64,000 bases of DNA from Octopus sinensis (taxonomy: Eukaryota), in the NCBI RefSeq assembly GCF_006345805.1, contig NW_021836314.1, forward strand, positions 1 through 64,000, written 5' to 3'. Positions 52,501 to 64,000 of this stretch are shown here, in pieces (position 1 is the stretch's first letter; each line of letters begins with the position of its first letter). The notes beneath the pieces are model-generated. The model was not told the DNA's origin, did no database searches, and saw only the letters and a program-made list of their open reading frames with translations. A program made the position numbers and the translations under genes.

Positions 52501-53000
52501 TCGATTTAATATTTAATAAAAACGAACTTCAAAAATATATTGCAACGTTGAAAGAAGAATTTTCCAAGTGAGATAAATATTTCAAAACAAATTCTCCTAT
52601 ATTTTCATTTCTCATCAAACCCGACTTTGAGGGATTTGAAAACGAACCCAATTCATCTATCACTTTTGGGCTCAACAACAAATATACAGGATAGCTTTGA
52701 AGTGGAAATGATTGAATTAACCACTTCAGAATTATGGGGGGAAAATTTATGGAACTACGAAAATCTCTTGAAAGAAGCAGCTTACAGAATTCAGTTGCCA
52801 TCTTCAATCGCTGGGAGACGTTGCCTGAAAGATTCAATTCTTTGAAGAAAATCGCCTCAGCTCGGCTTTCACCCTTTAGCTCAACATATACAGGATTACC
52901 CCAAATCAACAGAACCTATAAAATTTCGGTTTCCCTCTACCAAATCCACTCACAAAGATTTGATCATCCCGAGACTATAGTAGAAAACAATTTCCCAAAA
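49568..53000 (+). mobile_element. Decayed hAT (Charlie/SPIN, GTF2IRD2-like) transposon interrupted by a ~0.7-kb insertion
   Basis: 5' end caggtgtctgtaacctgtggcacgcgtg; BED-like VCAFC...HYQTRH; IDEST; ITTGGA; CIVHQENL; C-terminal pieces at 52.1-53.0 kb. Confidence 0.88.
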
Positions 53001-53200
53001 TGCCATGCAGTGGAAACTGAATCTGGATCTACGTGCTTGCGGAGCAAGTTTCTTACCACACAGCCACGCCTATGCATGTGTGTTTATGTATAAGTCTATA
53101 TATACGATGGACAGGACAAACAAATATTTAAATAATATTTCTGACGTGCGTGTAACAAAGTTATTCTATTACGTTGCATAGTTATAGAAAGATAGAGAGA

Positions 53201-53580
53201 GAGGGAAAAATAAATCATATATACGCGTGTGTGTATAAATGTTAAATCTTAAAAGAAAAGTAACAAAAATTGATTTCACTATTTGCGTTCTGAGTTCCTT
53301 TCCTGTCGAACTCCCCTTTGCCTTTCATTTCTCAGAGGTGCTGAAGTCCAATTACTCGACTTTCGACCTTCCCCACAAAAACACAACCACTGGCCTTGTA
53401 CCTAATCCAGAAACCACTTAGTAGGTGGCAATCTAGGATTTTAGGACAAAGAATTGCTACGCGGTGTCATATGTAATCATGTATGATTATACAAAGATGC
53501 ATGAGGATATATATACATACACAAACGCGCACAAATATGTGTGTGTATGAGTGTGTGTGTGCACATGAGTGTGTGTATCT
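53201..53580 (+). repeat. ~380-bp direct repeat (copy 2 at 56586-56970) containing a degenerate SINE half
   Basis: gagggaaaaataaatcatat...ttgcgttctgagttcctttcctgtcgaactc...gatgcatgaggatatatatacatac occurs twice. Confidence 0.85.
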
Positions 53581-53603
53581 ATGTACATTTGTATATATAT
53601 ATG

Positions 53604-53702
<99 letters not shown>

Positions 53703-54143
53703 GTATGTATGTATATATGTATGTACAAGCGAGCGTGTGTCTACATGCGTGTGTGAATACATGCACATATGTACGAAGCGAAACATTCACACACACACAC
53801 ACACGTATATATATAGGTATATAAATACATAGATATATATTCATACGCATTTAGATGTATACACACGCATATATGTGTATTCTTTTTCTTTAATTCTTTT
53901 ACTTGTTGAAGTCATTTGCCTGCGCCCATGCTGGAGCACTATATCAAAAGCCTTGAAGCCCAATAAATTGACATCAGGGTATATTATTTGTAAGCCAAAT
54001 ACTTATTTTATTGGCCTCTTTTGCCGAACCGCAATGTTAAGGAGGGGAGCGTAAAAAACCTGCTGTCAAGATATGAAAGGGTAACAAACATAGTCGCAAA
54101 GACAGAAACACACATACACAAACAAACTCACACATATATGCAT

Positions 54144-54182
<39 letters not shown>

Positions 54183-54216
54183 TAAGAAAGTTTGTTTGGT
54201 AAAGCACGTGGGTGAA

Positions 54217-55445
54217 TATATAAGAAAATAGTAAAGAGTGAAAAAACGACAGAAGGCTTAAATATTAAAAAATATATATATTTGTGTGAAAATGTCTGGA
54301 GAATATTCGAAAAATTTTTTTCCTTTCCTTAAAATGACATAATTTTATAATTTTTAAAGAAATACCGGTTTCGCGTGTAGCTTTTCAAATTTCTTGTGAC
54401 GTTATGTTTATATTGCATGGAGTTATCGTTGTGTTTATTTTCAGGAGATTTCTAAATAAGGGGAGGTAGTGAGTGATTTCTTCCGGTGTAAGGGAGATAA
54501 TCGCTTAAAAATTTTTTTCCTTTCCCTTGTTAATTTCTCTGTATCAGTATGTTCGGATGGTTGAGTCTGGGTTTGTACTTTTCAATGAAGAATGTTTCCT
54601 TGTTCAGTCTCATTTGTGTTGATAATCCGAAAGCACATTGGTAAAATGGGAAGATTAAAAATTGTGGCAGTAGTTGCTTTGCGCATTTCTCAATGTGCTC
54701 ACTAAAAGGTATCATTCTATATTCTGGGAATGCAATCTGTTGTCGATGCAGTGTGCATCTACGCCTGAGTGATAGTCCCGTGGAACCCACGTAGTCTTGG
54801 TGGCAGCCCGAGCATTTAATGACATAAATTATGTTTTCAGAGGCACAAGTAAAGTTAGATTTGATCTTGAATTTTTGTCCCTCTTTAAAGAGGAATTCTG
54901 ATCCTTCTAGCAGGTTAGGGCATGTTGCACAGTTCGATCTACCATATTTTTTTACTTTTGCATCCGTAGTTTCAGAAGACAATTTTGCCTTTGTGAGAAT
55001 CTTCTTAAGTGATTTAGGCTGTTTGTAGCTTTTAATGATTTGGTGTATGTTTAGAATTTCCTTTAATTTTGGGTTTTTATGAAGTATTGGTAAATTCTGG
55101 GTGATGATGGTGAAGGCTTCTTTGTTTCTGGGGTTGTATGTAGATATATAAGGTAGTATTTTCGGGGAAGGTGTGTTGTTGTGTTGAACTTTTCTTAAAG
55201 TTTCTATGTTGATTTCTGTTGCACGTCTGATCCCATCCTCTAAGAGTTGAGCTGGGTAATGTCTGTCAATTAGGGTGTTTTTGAGTTCTTGCAGTCTAAA
55301 GTTCCTGGTATTTTGTTCTGACACTATTGTGCATATCCTTCTTGCAAGGTTGAAGGGGATGTTTGTTTTAGTGTGTCTTGGGTGGCATGAATTAAAAAGA
55401 AGGTATTGTTTGGCGTCTGTGGCTTTGTAAAAAATGTCTTCAGAA
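54217..55445 (-). mobile_element. Penelope-like element, 5'-truncated, thumb + GIY-YIG ORF (54530-55453)
   Basis: IFYKATDAKQYLLFNSCHP; CGRSNCATC-type Zn motif; IIYVIKC...YVGST (GIY-YIG); open 307-aa frame. Confidence 0.95.
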
Positions 55446-56434
55446 ATCAACATAGAAACTTTAAGAAAAGTTCAACACAACAACACACCTTCCCCGAAAA
55501 TACTACCTTACATATCTACATACAACCCCAGAAACAAAGAAGCCTTCACCATCATCACCCAGAATTTACCAATACTTCATAAAAACCCAAAATTAAAGGA
55601 AATTCTAAACATACACCAAATCATTAAAAGCTACAAACAGCCTAAATCACTTAAGAAGATTCTCACAAAGGCAAAATTGTCTTCTGAAACTACGGATGCA
55701 AAAGTAAAAAAATGTGGTAGATCGAACTGTGCAACATGCCCTAACCTGCTAGAAGGATCAGAGTTCCTCTTTAAAGAGGGACAAAAATTCAAGATCAAAT
55801 CTAACTTTACTTGTGCCTCTGAAAACATAATTTATATCATTAAATGCTCGGGCTGCCACCAAGACTACGTGGGTTCCACGGGACTATCACTCAGGCGTAG
55901 ATGCACACTGCATCGACAACAGATTGCATTCCCAGAATATAGAATGATACCTTTTAGTGAGCACATTGAGAAATGCGCAAAGCAACTACTGCCACAATTT
56001 TTAATCTTCCCATTTTACCAATGTGCTTTCGGATCATCAACACAAATGAGACTGAACAAGGAAACATTCTTCATTGAAAAGTACAAACCCAGACTCAACC
56101 ATCCGAACATACTGATACAGAGAAATTAACAAGGGAAAGGAAAAAAAATTTTAAGCGATTATCTCCCTTACACCGGAAGAAATCACTCACTACCTCCCCT
56201 TATTTAGAAATCTCCTGAAAATAAACACAACGATAACTCCATGCAATATAAACATAACGTCACAAGAAATTTGAAAAGCTACACGCGAAACCGGTATTTC
56301 TTTAAAAATTATAAAATTATGTCATTTTAAGGAAAGGAAAAAAATTTTTCGAATATTCTCCAGACATTTTGACACAAATATATATATTTTTTAACATTTA
56401 AGCCTTCTGTCGTTTCTTCACTCTTTACTATTTT

Positions 56435-56442
<8 letters not shown>
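55441..56442 (+). mobile_element. Inverted second copy of the same Penelope element
   Basis: Reverse complement of 54217-55218 with only scattered substitutions (Y/C, V/I, L/S in the ORFs). Confidence 0.95.
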
Positions 56443-56528
<86 letters not shown>

Positions 56529-58257
56529 GGTATATATATATATAAAGAACATTTTTCCGTTTCCGTCTACCTAATCCACTCGTAAGAGGGAAAAATAAAT
56601 CATATATATATGTGTGTGTGTAGATACAAATGTTAAATTTTAAAAGAAAAGTAACAAAAATTGATTTGTCTATTTGCGTTCTGAGTTCCTTTCCTGTCGA
56701 ACTCACCTTTGCCTTTCACTTCTCAGAGGTGTTGAAGTCCAATTAGTCGACTGTCCACCTCCCCCACAAAAACATAACCACTGGCCTTGTACCTAAGCCA
56801 GAGACAACATTATATGAGCGGCAATCTAGGATTTTAGGACAAAGAATTGCTACGCGGTGTCATATGTAATCATGTATGGTATATAAAGATGCATGAGGAT
56901 ATATATACATACACAAATACGGACAAATATATGAGTGTGTATGAGTGTGTGTACATGAGTGTGTGTATATATGACTTCAGTTTTAATTTTTAAAAGAAAT
57001 TAAATAAGTTTTATCAACTTATCTGAATATTCTATTGCCTCATATAAGTTTTTTGTCTCACGTTCCAGCAGCTATCCGATAAGTATACTGAATGAAATAC
57101 CCGGTGGTAATAATTCTCTATATTTTTTTTAAACGAGAGTGCCAGTATTTTCCCTTGATGTATGTGATTGGCTGAAATTCTTTAATATCCGGAAAATAAA
57201 TCCATTTTCCAGCTATCCACCATTCCTACACGTCAAGTGTTGAAATGGTCACTGTGTAACATGAGATGAAGTGTTCTGCGCACAATACACCTCTCGGTCC
57301 TGTATTTGAAATCACGACCTTGTTATCGTGAATAGCATCCCTAATCACGATTTTCATGTGTTCTCGACTTCTTTTATTTTACCAAAACTTTAATTTTCAT
57401 ATGTCCTGACAACACCCAGAGAATATTCTTATCTACTTGACGCTTTTCTAAAACAAACGCCATTGTTTTTGTCGATTATTGGGATGGCGATATCTGCTCA
57501 AAGACACGACCTCATCTCTCTAGTTACTAAAATGCAAACCCGACGAATTTTCCTCGTTTCCCAGAATATATTTCAGTTGTTTCTAAAGAATGCTTGTTGT
57601 TCACTGGTGACAAGACTATGATCAGAGGAGTTTCGGTCATGATCATCCCGTCGATTCACTTATACTGCAATGTGTGTTGTGTCCTTTCCGTGGTTAAGAC
57701 GGTAGAGAGTGAGACAATGGAATATCATTGTCTCAAATGACTACGACAGGGCTGATAGCGCAAATGTTCAAGTAATGGACATTCATTAGTCCTGAAACCT
57801 ACATCTTCAATAATTATTGTAATACATCACATGATGTGGATGTTAATTTTCATAGCTCTCTCCGAAATATAAGTCCGACCTTACTATCAAGATGAACCAT
57901 CAATTTATTAAATGACATCCAGGACTGAATTATTCTGCTACTTGCAGAAGAATGAAAGTGATATTCTACGTGGTTTACTCTCCATGTGTGTTTAGCATAT
58001 TGTAACTTTCATGTACATGGGTTATCTCAAGTACAACATACCCTCGAATATTTAGGGGCGTCCATTTCACCCTGTGTAACTTGTCGCAGGACTCACACGG
58101 CAGATGCAGGTATTAGAGGGTAAAGACGGTACTAATTCCCTAAGTTGTTCACGTGAGCATCCGCATAACAATTTATTATTATTCCATATACACACAACAG
58201 TTTAGACTGTGTGAGTACGTTTGTGTATATATATATATATATGTAAATTTATATACA

Positions 58258-58377
<120 letters not shown>

Positions 58378-58500
58378 TAATATATGTATATATTAAAGTA
58401 TATGTTGGCGTCTAAGTGAATGTGTGTGTGTGTGAGTACATGCAGAAGTGTACGGCGTTCAACATACACACACAGACACACACACACTCACACGTATATG

Positions 58501-58540
<40 letters not shown>

Positions 58541-58548
58541 CACACATA

Positions 58549-58838
58549 GGCGTAGGAGTGGCTGTGTGGTAAGTAGCTTGTTTACCAACCACATGGTTCA
58601 GGGTTCAGTCCCACTGGGTGGCATCTTGGGCGAGTGTCTTGTACTATAGACTCGGGCGACCAAAGCCTCGTGAGTGGATCTCGTAGATGGAAACTGAAGG
58701 ATGCCCTGTGGTAAATATGTACATGTTTGGCCCGAGGCTATAGTAGAAAACACTTACCCAAGCTGCCACACAGTGGGACTGATCTCGGAACCAGGGGGTT
58801 GGTAAACAAGCTACTTACCATTCAGCCACTCCTACGCC
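58549..58838. mobile_element. Two tRNA-SINE copies in inverted orientation (58549-58705 plus; 58731-58838 minus)
   Basis: ggcgtaggagtggctg...gtaagtagcttgtttaccaacc versus ggttggtaaacaagctacttacc...cagccactcctacgcc. Confidence 0.85.
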
Positions 58839-60765
58839 TACAGTCTCAAAGAATGAAAATTATTTTAGAATTCTCTTTATTATATTTTCCTTACACGCTC
58901 CCATACACACACACACATATATATATAGATATATATAACACCTTTTAGCTGAAGGCAGAGATTTATTGCATAGATTAAATTAAAGTATATGAAGAAGACA
59001 AGCTTTATATTTTTTATTTCAGGAAAAAATTGATTCACAAATTTTGAATTTCCTTGAAATATAAAAATCCAAGACATTTTCTTTCTTTCAAATTTATCAA
59101 CTATTTTTGAGATTCTTTAAAAACATATAAACATTCTCTTCTTGTAAACATACTTGAAATCCTGGACACAATTTTTATTGTTTATAAAATGATTTGAGAA
59201 AACCAGTATATATGTTCGTGTTCATGTATGTATGAATGTATGTTTGTAAGTAAGTATGTATGTATGTATGAATGTATGTATGTATGTTTGTATGTATGTA
59301 TGTATGTATGTATGTATGTTTGTATGTATGTATGTTTGTATGTATGTATGTATGTATGTATATATGTATGTATATATGTATGTATGTGAAGTATATAAAA
59401 ATTTATATAATGAGCAAGCTATAAAAATATTCTATATATAAAAATTAGTGAGAAAAAGGCAGATTTACAGTAAAAATATAATTACACATTTATTGAATGG
59501 CTGTTGATTCTCAAGAGTTCCTCCGACCTTTAACAGGTTGTTTTTTTCATGTCCAATAAACACCCTCCTCACCAAGCAAGCTTGGTGTACGTATGTATGT
59601 ATGTATAGAAAATCCATCATTGAAGCATGCTGTAAATGTGTTAGTACCTGATAAACCTGCTACATTTCCGAATATAGCAGTTCCCCAAATATATACACTT
59701 AAAATATGCGCCAGACCTAGAGAGAAATACTGGGGTTCATATGATCGATCGAACATACCAAGTTAATGCTCCTGGATGGCCACGCTTCAATGATTAAAAC
59801 ATCTGACTCACATATTATATAGCTTGAAATCTCTCCACTGCCACCACCATTTAGTCTGTTAATTTATATCCATCTACAAACGTCACACTCACCCTTCAAT
59901 TCTTATAAATGTCTTTCTTTCTCATCTACAATCTACACTTTTACATAATTATTTCCATTTCTCTTTCAATTCACTGGACAATTCCACAGAATTCATCAAT
60001 AATATTTCGAAATTTAACAAATTATGATAGATTATTTTTTCAAATACAATACTTAAATGTAATCTATAAAACTATAATCTTTTAAAACTTAATTGTATGT
60101 TTAACTTAAGTTAATTTTTATCCAGTAACACTATGACCAAAGGCGTTCTAACCATGACTTTCCCATATTCTTTATAATCTAATATGTTAACCTCGCGCTA
60201 CATTTCAGACACTCCGTTGTTGATTCATATTATTGTTTATAATTATTCAAATTTTAATTAGAATAATTACTTAAAAATATAAACAAAAATGAAATATTTA
60301 CCAGCAAAGTTGATCGTTGAGTTTTAGTTTTAGTTTAATGTATTTGTCACAGGAACGCTTGGTCAGCACCGTTAACTTTAAGAGCAACTGCAATTTAAAA
60401 ATATTCAACGTCATCTCCTCATATAAGAATGCGTGTGTTTATGTGTGTGTGTATGTGTTCGTGTTTGATATCATGTATATCTATATGTCGTAGTGTGTAT
60501 GTAGTCGTGTGCATGTACAATGTAGTGTCTATGTACATATTTGTATGTCACAGAGGGTGTGTATATGTCAGCCAACTACCGCTTGCCTGCTCTCTGTAAA
60601 GAATAACTCCCATGCCAAAACACTTCTAAACATTCCTTCATGTCTGCGTCTCATATTACTATATCACCAACGTCATCACAATCGCTCCGTCATTTGACCC
60701 ATTTTCTTTTCCTTAATTTCTTTTCGTGGAAAAGCATTTGTAACGCACATACAGACACAAACACA

Positions 60766-60796
<31 letters not shown>

Positions 60797-61058
60797 CTGT
60801 GATAAGACTGTACATCATCTTTAAAGAACTTTAATGAACTTTAGAAATCTGTTTAATTATCTACATTACTTCATGAGTATAGCCTCAAACACTAGGATGT
60901 CTAGAGAACTTACATGTATTTTAGCTGATGAGTACGGGACTCGTTTATATGCTGTAATCTTTGCAACTTTTAATAAAACCTGTCCTTGTATGAAACGATC
61001 GTACTAAAAACTATCCATTCTTGTTGCTTCTTTCTCGCGTATATATATATTATATATA

Positions 61059-61092
<34 letters not shown>

Positions 61093-61104
61093 TATGTATA
61101 TATA

Positions 61105-61157
<53 letters not shown>

Positions 61158-61328
61158 ACATACATATTGACACTGCGTGCATATATTCAGAGGTATTGGT
61201 AGATACATGCTCTATACACATACATGCAGACACATACGTGCATACAGACACACATAGACACATAAACACACACACAGACGCACATACACACACAGGCACA
61301 CACACACTCTATCACACACACATACATG

Positions 61329-63290
61329 TTAGTTAGTTAATTTTTTGGCTCAAAAAGCAAAAATCAAGGCCATGTAGGAGGACAGGGAGTTATGTACAGG
61401 GTGGTGTTCATGTAAAGAGTTCAGGCCACTTGTAGTCAAGGGACACTTTGAACCGAACGGTCGTCGGCATCTTCACCATCTCGTCTTGCAGCTTATTCCA
61501 CGGATCCGCAACCCGGACGGAGAAAGCCCCTCTCCTTCGATTGAGATGAAATCGTCGCAGATAGAGCTTTTTGGAGTGACCCTGCACCGACGCTCTGGAG
61601 CAGGAGTGAAGAACAGCTCTTTCGAGAGGTTGCACTTTCCGCTTATGATGTTGTGGGCAAGAATGAGATCACCACGGCGTCGTCGTTTTTCTAGAGAATA
61701 AAGGTCGAGCGTCTTCAGCCTTTCTTCATAAGACAAATTCTTGAGACCAAGAACCATGCGGGTAGCCAGCTTCTGAGGAGATAAGGAGAAGAGGCTTGAA
61801 TCCCGTACTCCAATATGGGTCTCACCAGCGTGACATAGAGCGGTAGGAATATGGCTGCTGTGAGCATTCCGAATGACCGTCGAATCAAGAACAGAACTCC
61901 GCGTGCTTTGTTGGCAGCATAGACGCACTGGGCCGAAGGCGAAAAGGAGGAATCCACCAAGATACCCAGGTCCTTTACCTGATAGGTCATCTCCAGCAGC
62001 AGACGACCCGGCTCGAAATCAAGTTGAGTTGCAGTAGGAGAGCCAACAGGCAGATGACAGCACTTTGACACGTTCAGACACAGGTCCCATTCGTTAGACC
62101 ATCTCCAAGTTTGGTGGAGGCATCGACGAAGATCTTCTATATCACCGCGAGGAGCGACCAGTTTGACATCGTCGGCAAATAGAAGGGCAAGTCATTTATG
62201 AAGACTAAGAACAATAAGGGCCCAAGCACTGAACCTTGAGGCAAGCCACTGCTCGCACTGGAGACGTCGGACCGCGAACCATTAACTTGGACTTGGAAGG
62301 AGCGATCTGAGAGGAAGGCACCAACCCATCGTACAATATCCGGATGGAAACTATATGCTTGAAGCTTGACAAGTAATAGGCGGTGGTTTACCGAGTCAAA
62401 AGCTTTGGCAAAGTCCAATAAAACGATGTCAACAGCATCACTATCATCGAGGATGCGTGTCACCAATTCTTCCATTACCAGTAAGCTGGTCAAGCATGAT
62501 CTTTTCGGCACGAAGCCGTGTTGGGAATCAGAGATAGAGACTGTGTTTTGGAGGTGGAGCATCATACTTTTCTTAAGGATGGTTTCGAACATCTTGCTGA
62601 TTATTGATGTAAGGGAAACCGGTCGGTAGTTAAGCGGGTCTTCGCGGCTCCCTTTCTTGAAAATTGGCCAGATTATAGCTGTTCTCCAGTCCGCAGGTAT
62701 AACACCCGTCGCCAATAACATATTGAATAGACGTGTTAAGGGCTCACAGATGACCGGAGCCAACGCTTTGATAACCCGTGGGTGTATGCCATCAGGGCCG
62801 TGACCCTTGTTGACATCGAGGGCTTGAATAACGCGTTCGACATCGTCCCGCGTAATGACCAATCGAAGCATTGGAGGTAGCGATCTATCAAATGGAGGGG
62901 GTTCACGACCATCATCTTGTTTGAAAATAGTTGAAAAAGCCTCGGCAAATAATTGACTCTGTTGATAAGGGTCCTCAATCGATACGCCTGTTGAGTCTAC
63001 CAACGTTGCAATTTGGTTGTTCAAGCGGGAATTCCGTTGGACATGGGCAAAGAAGGTTTTTGGATTGCTACTGGCATTTGCCGCGATTCTGTATTCATAT
63101 CTGAAGCGTTCTTCCTTTTCAATTTTCACGGCTCGGTCACGTTGAGTTTGTACACCTTAAAAGCTGCAGTCGAATCCAGATTTTTGAATTCAGCCCAAGC
63201 AATATCTCTGAGTCGAAGTTCTCGTTTAACCTTCTTCGTCAGCCAGGGCTTGTGTTTCTTCTTCTTGGGAAGCCTAACGGGAACTAAATA
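61329..63290 (-). mobile_element. CR1-type LINE, RT region to 3' end, frameshifted
   Basis: ORF 62137-63129: NYRPVSLTSIISK, QHGF, LDFAKAFDSVNH, GLPQGSVLGPLLF; 3' end SLEKRRRRGDLI; (TTAG)n tail. Confidence 0.95.
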
Positions 63291-64000
63291 TATATGTAGC
63301 TGGAGGAAATCGATTAGTAAACAATATTATTTTATGTCGGAGTTAGCAGTTGTAACGATAAAAATTATATATAATTGCATACTGTAGGATGTGAAAGATG
63401 AACAATGCATGAAATTTGAAGGAAATATTTATTTACCGTTACGTTACAATACCTTGCCTCGACGAACAGGTTATAATAAATCCAAAAGCATGCGATATAA
63501 AGTTTGTGCTTGTGTCCTCTTCATTGTTTAGTAGTAATTACCGAGAGAGATAGAATGATGTTGTAAGAAAACAGAATTAGAGCTAGTGGGAGTTGTAGCG
63601 TGTTGTCTCACAGTTGCTGACAGTAAACTTCATTTCTCGCTCTGACCAAGGTTCTAGGTGGTCAGCCAGACTTCGTTGTCACCAAAGTGACTAACTGATT
63701 GAGTCGTCACCATATGACTGGACAAGTTGCGTCGTCACCGACTGATTTTTGCTTGGGTATCCTTGCGTTTATCCAGAAGGATAGATATATCATTGGGAAC
63801 AATAGATTTAGTTGGTGCTCTTGTTATCCATATTCTAGCTTTTGGTGATGTAGAATAGGTTAGAAAGGGTCAAGTGATGAAGACATTATTTCGGACTAGC
63901 TAAAGGCATCTGGAAAATGTAAAACTGCTGTCACAGAAAAACCATTGTTCTACTGTGTGGAAAGATCTGTTGCACCGTTAGTTTAAATTGAGTTATGGTG

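Noticed and set aside
54217-56442. Palindrome as a chimeric long-read artefact
   Set aside because: The arms differ by substitutions and are separated by a unique spacer, and this geometry is known for Penelope elements; not fully excluded without reads.
63383-63760. Possible solo LTR starting TGTAGG
   Set aside because: No second LTR, TSD or internal sequence visible; cannot be supported.

Overview
AT-rich, microsatellite- and TE-dense animal DNA; the SINE, Penelope and R4-type repeats suggest an octopus or other coleoid genome (inference). The window is dominated by one spliced minus-strand gene missed by the ORF track. It runs from an ATG exon at 45502-45712 (signal peptide + LRRNT) through 12 tandem 72-bp LRR exons (21055-41629), a terminal LRR, an LRRCT exon, a Ly6/three-finger domain and probable SEA-like exons towards the window start. 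The 23-kb 'GAA junk' block (19.6-42.2 kb) is the LRR exon array. It has two exon types (A and B), each with its own conserved intron blocks, separated by imperfect (GAA/GGA)n tracts. The exons are nearly identical except at solvent-exposed concave-face codons, and array irregularities (A-A, B-B) have junctions inside the GAA tracts. This looks like a recombination-driven, diversifying LRR receptor. Several exons carry homopolymer indels, most likely assembly errors. The rest is decayed TEs (RTE, CR1, R4-like, Penelope including an inverted pair and a hammerhead ribozyme, mariner, hAT, MITEs, SINEs).
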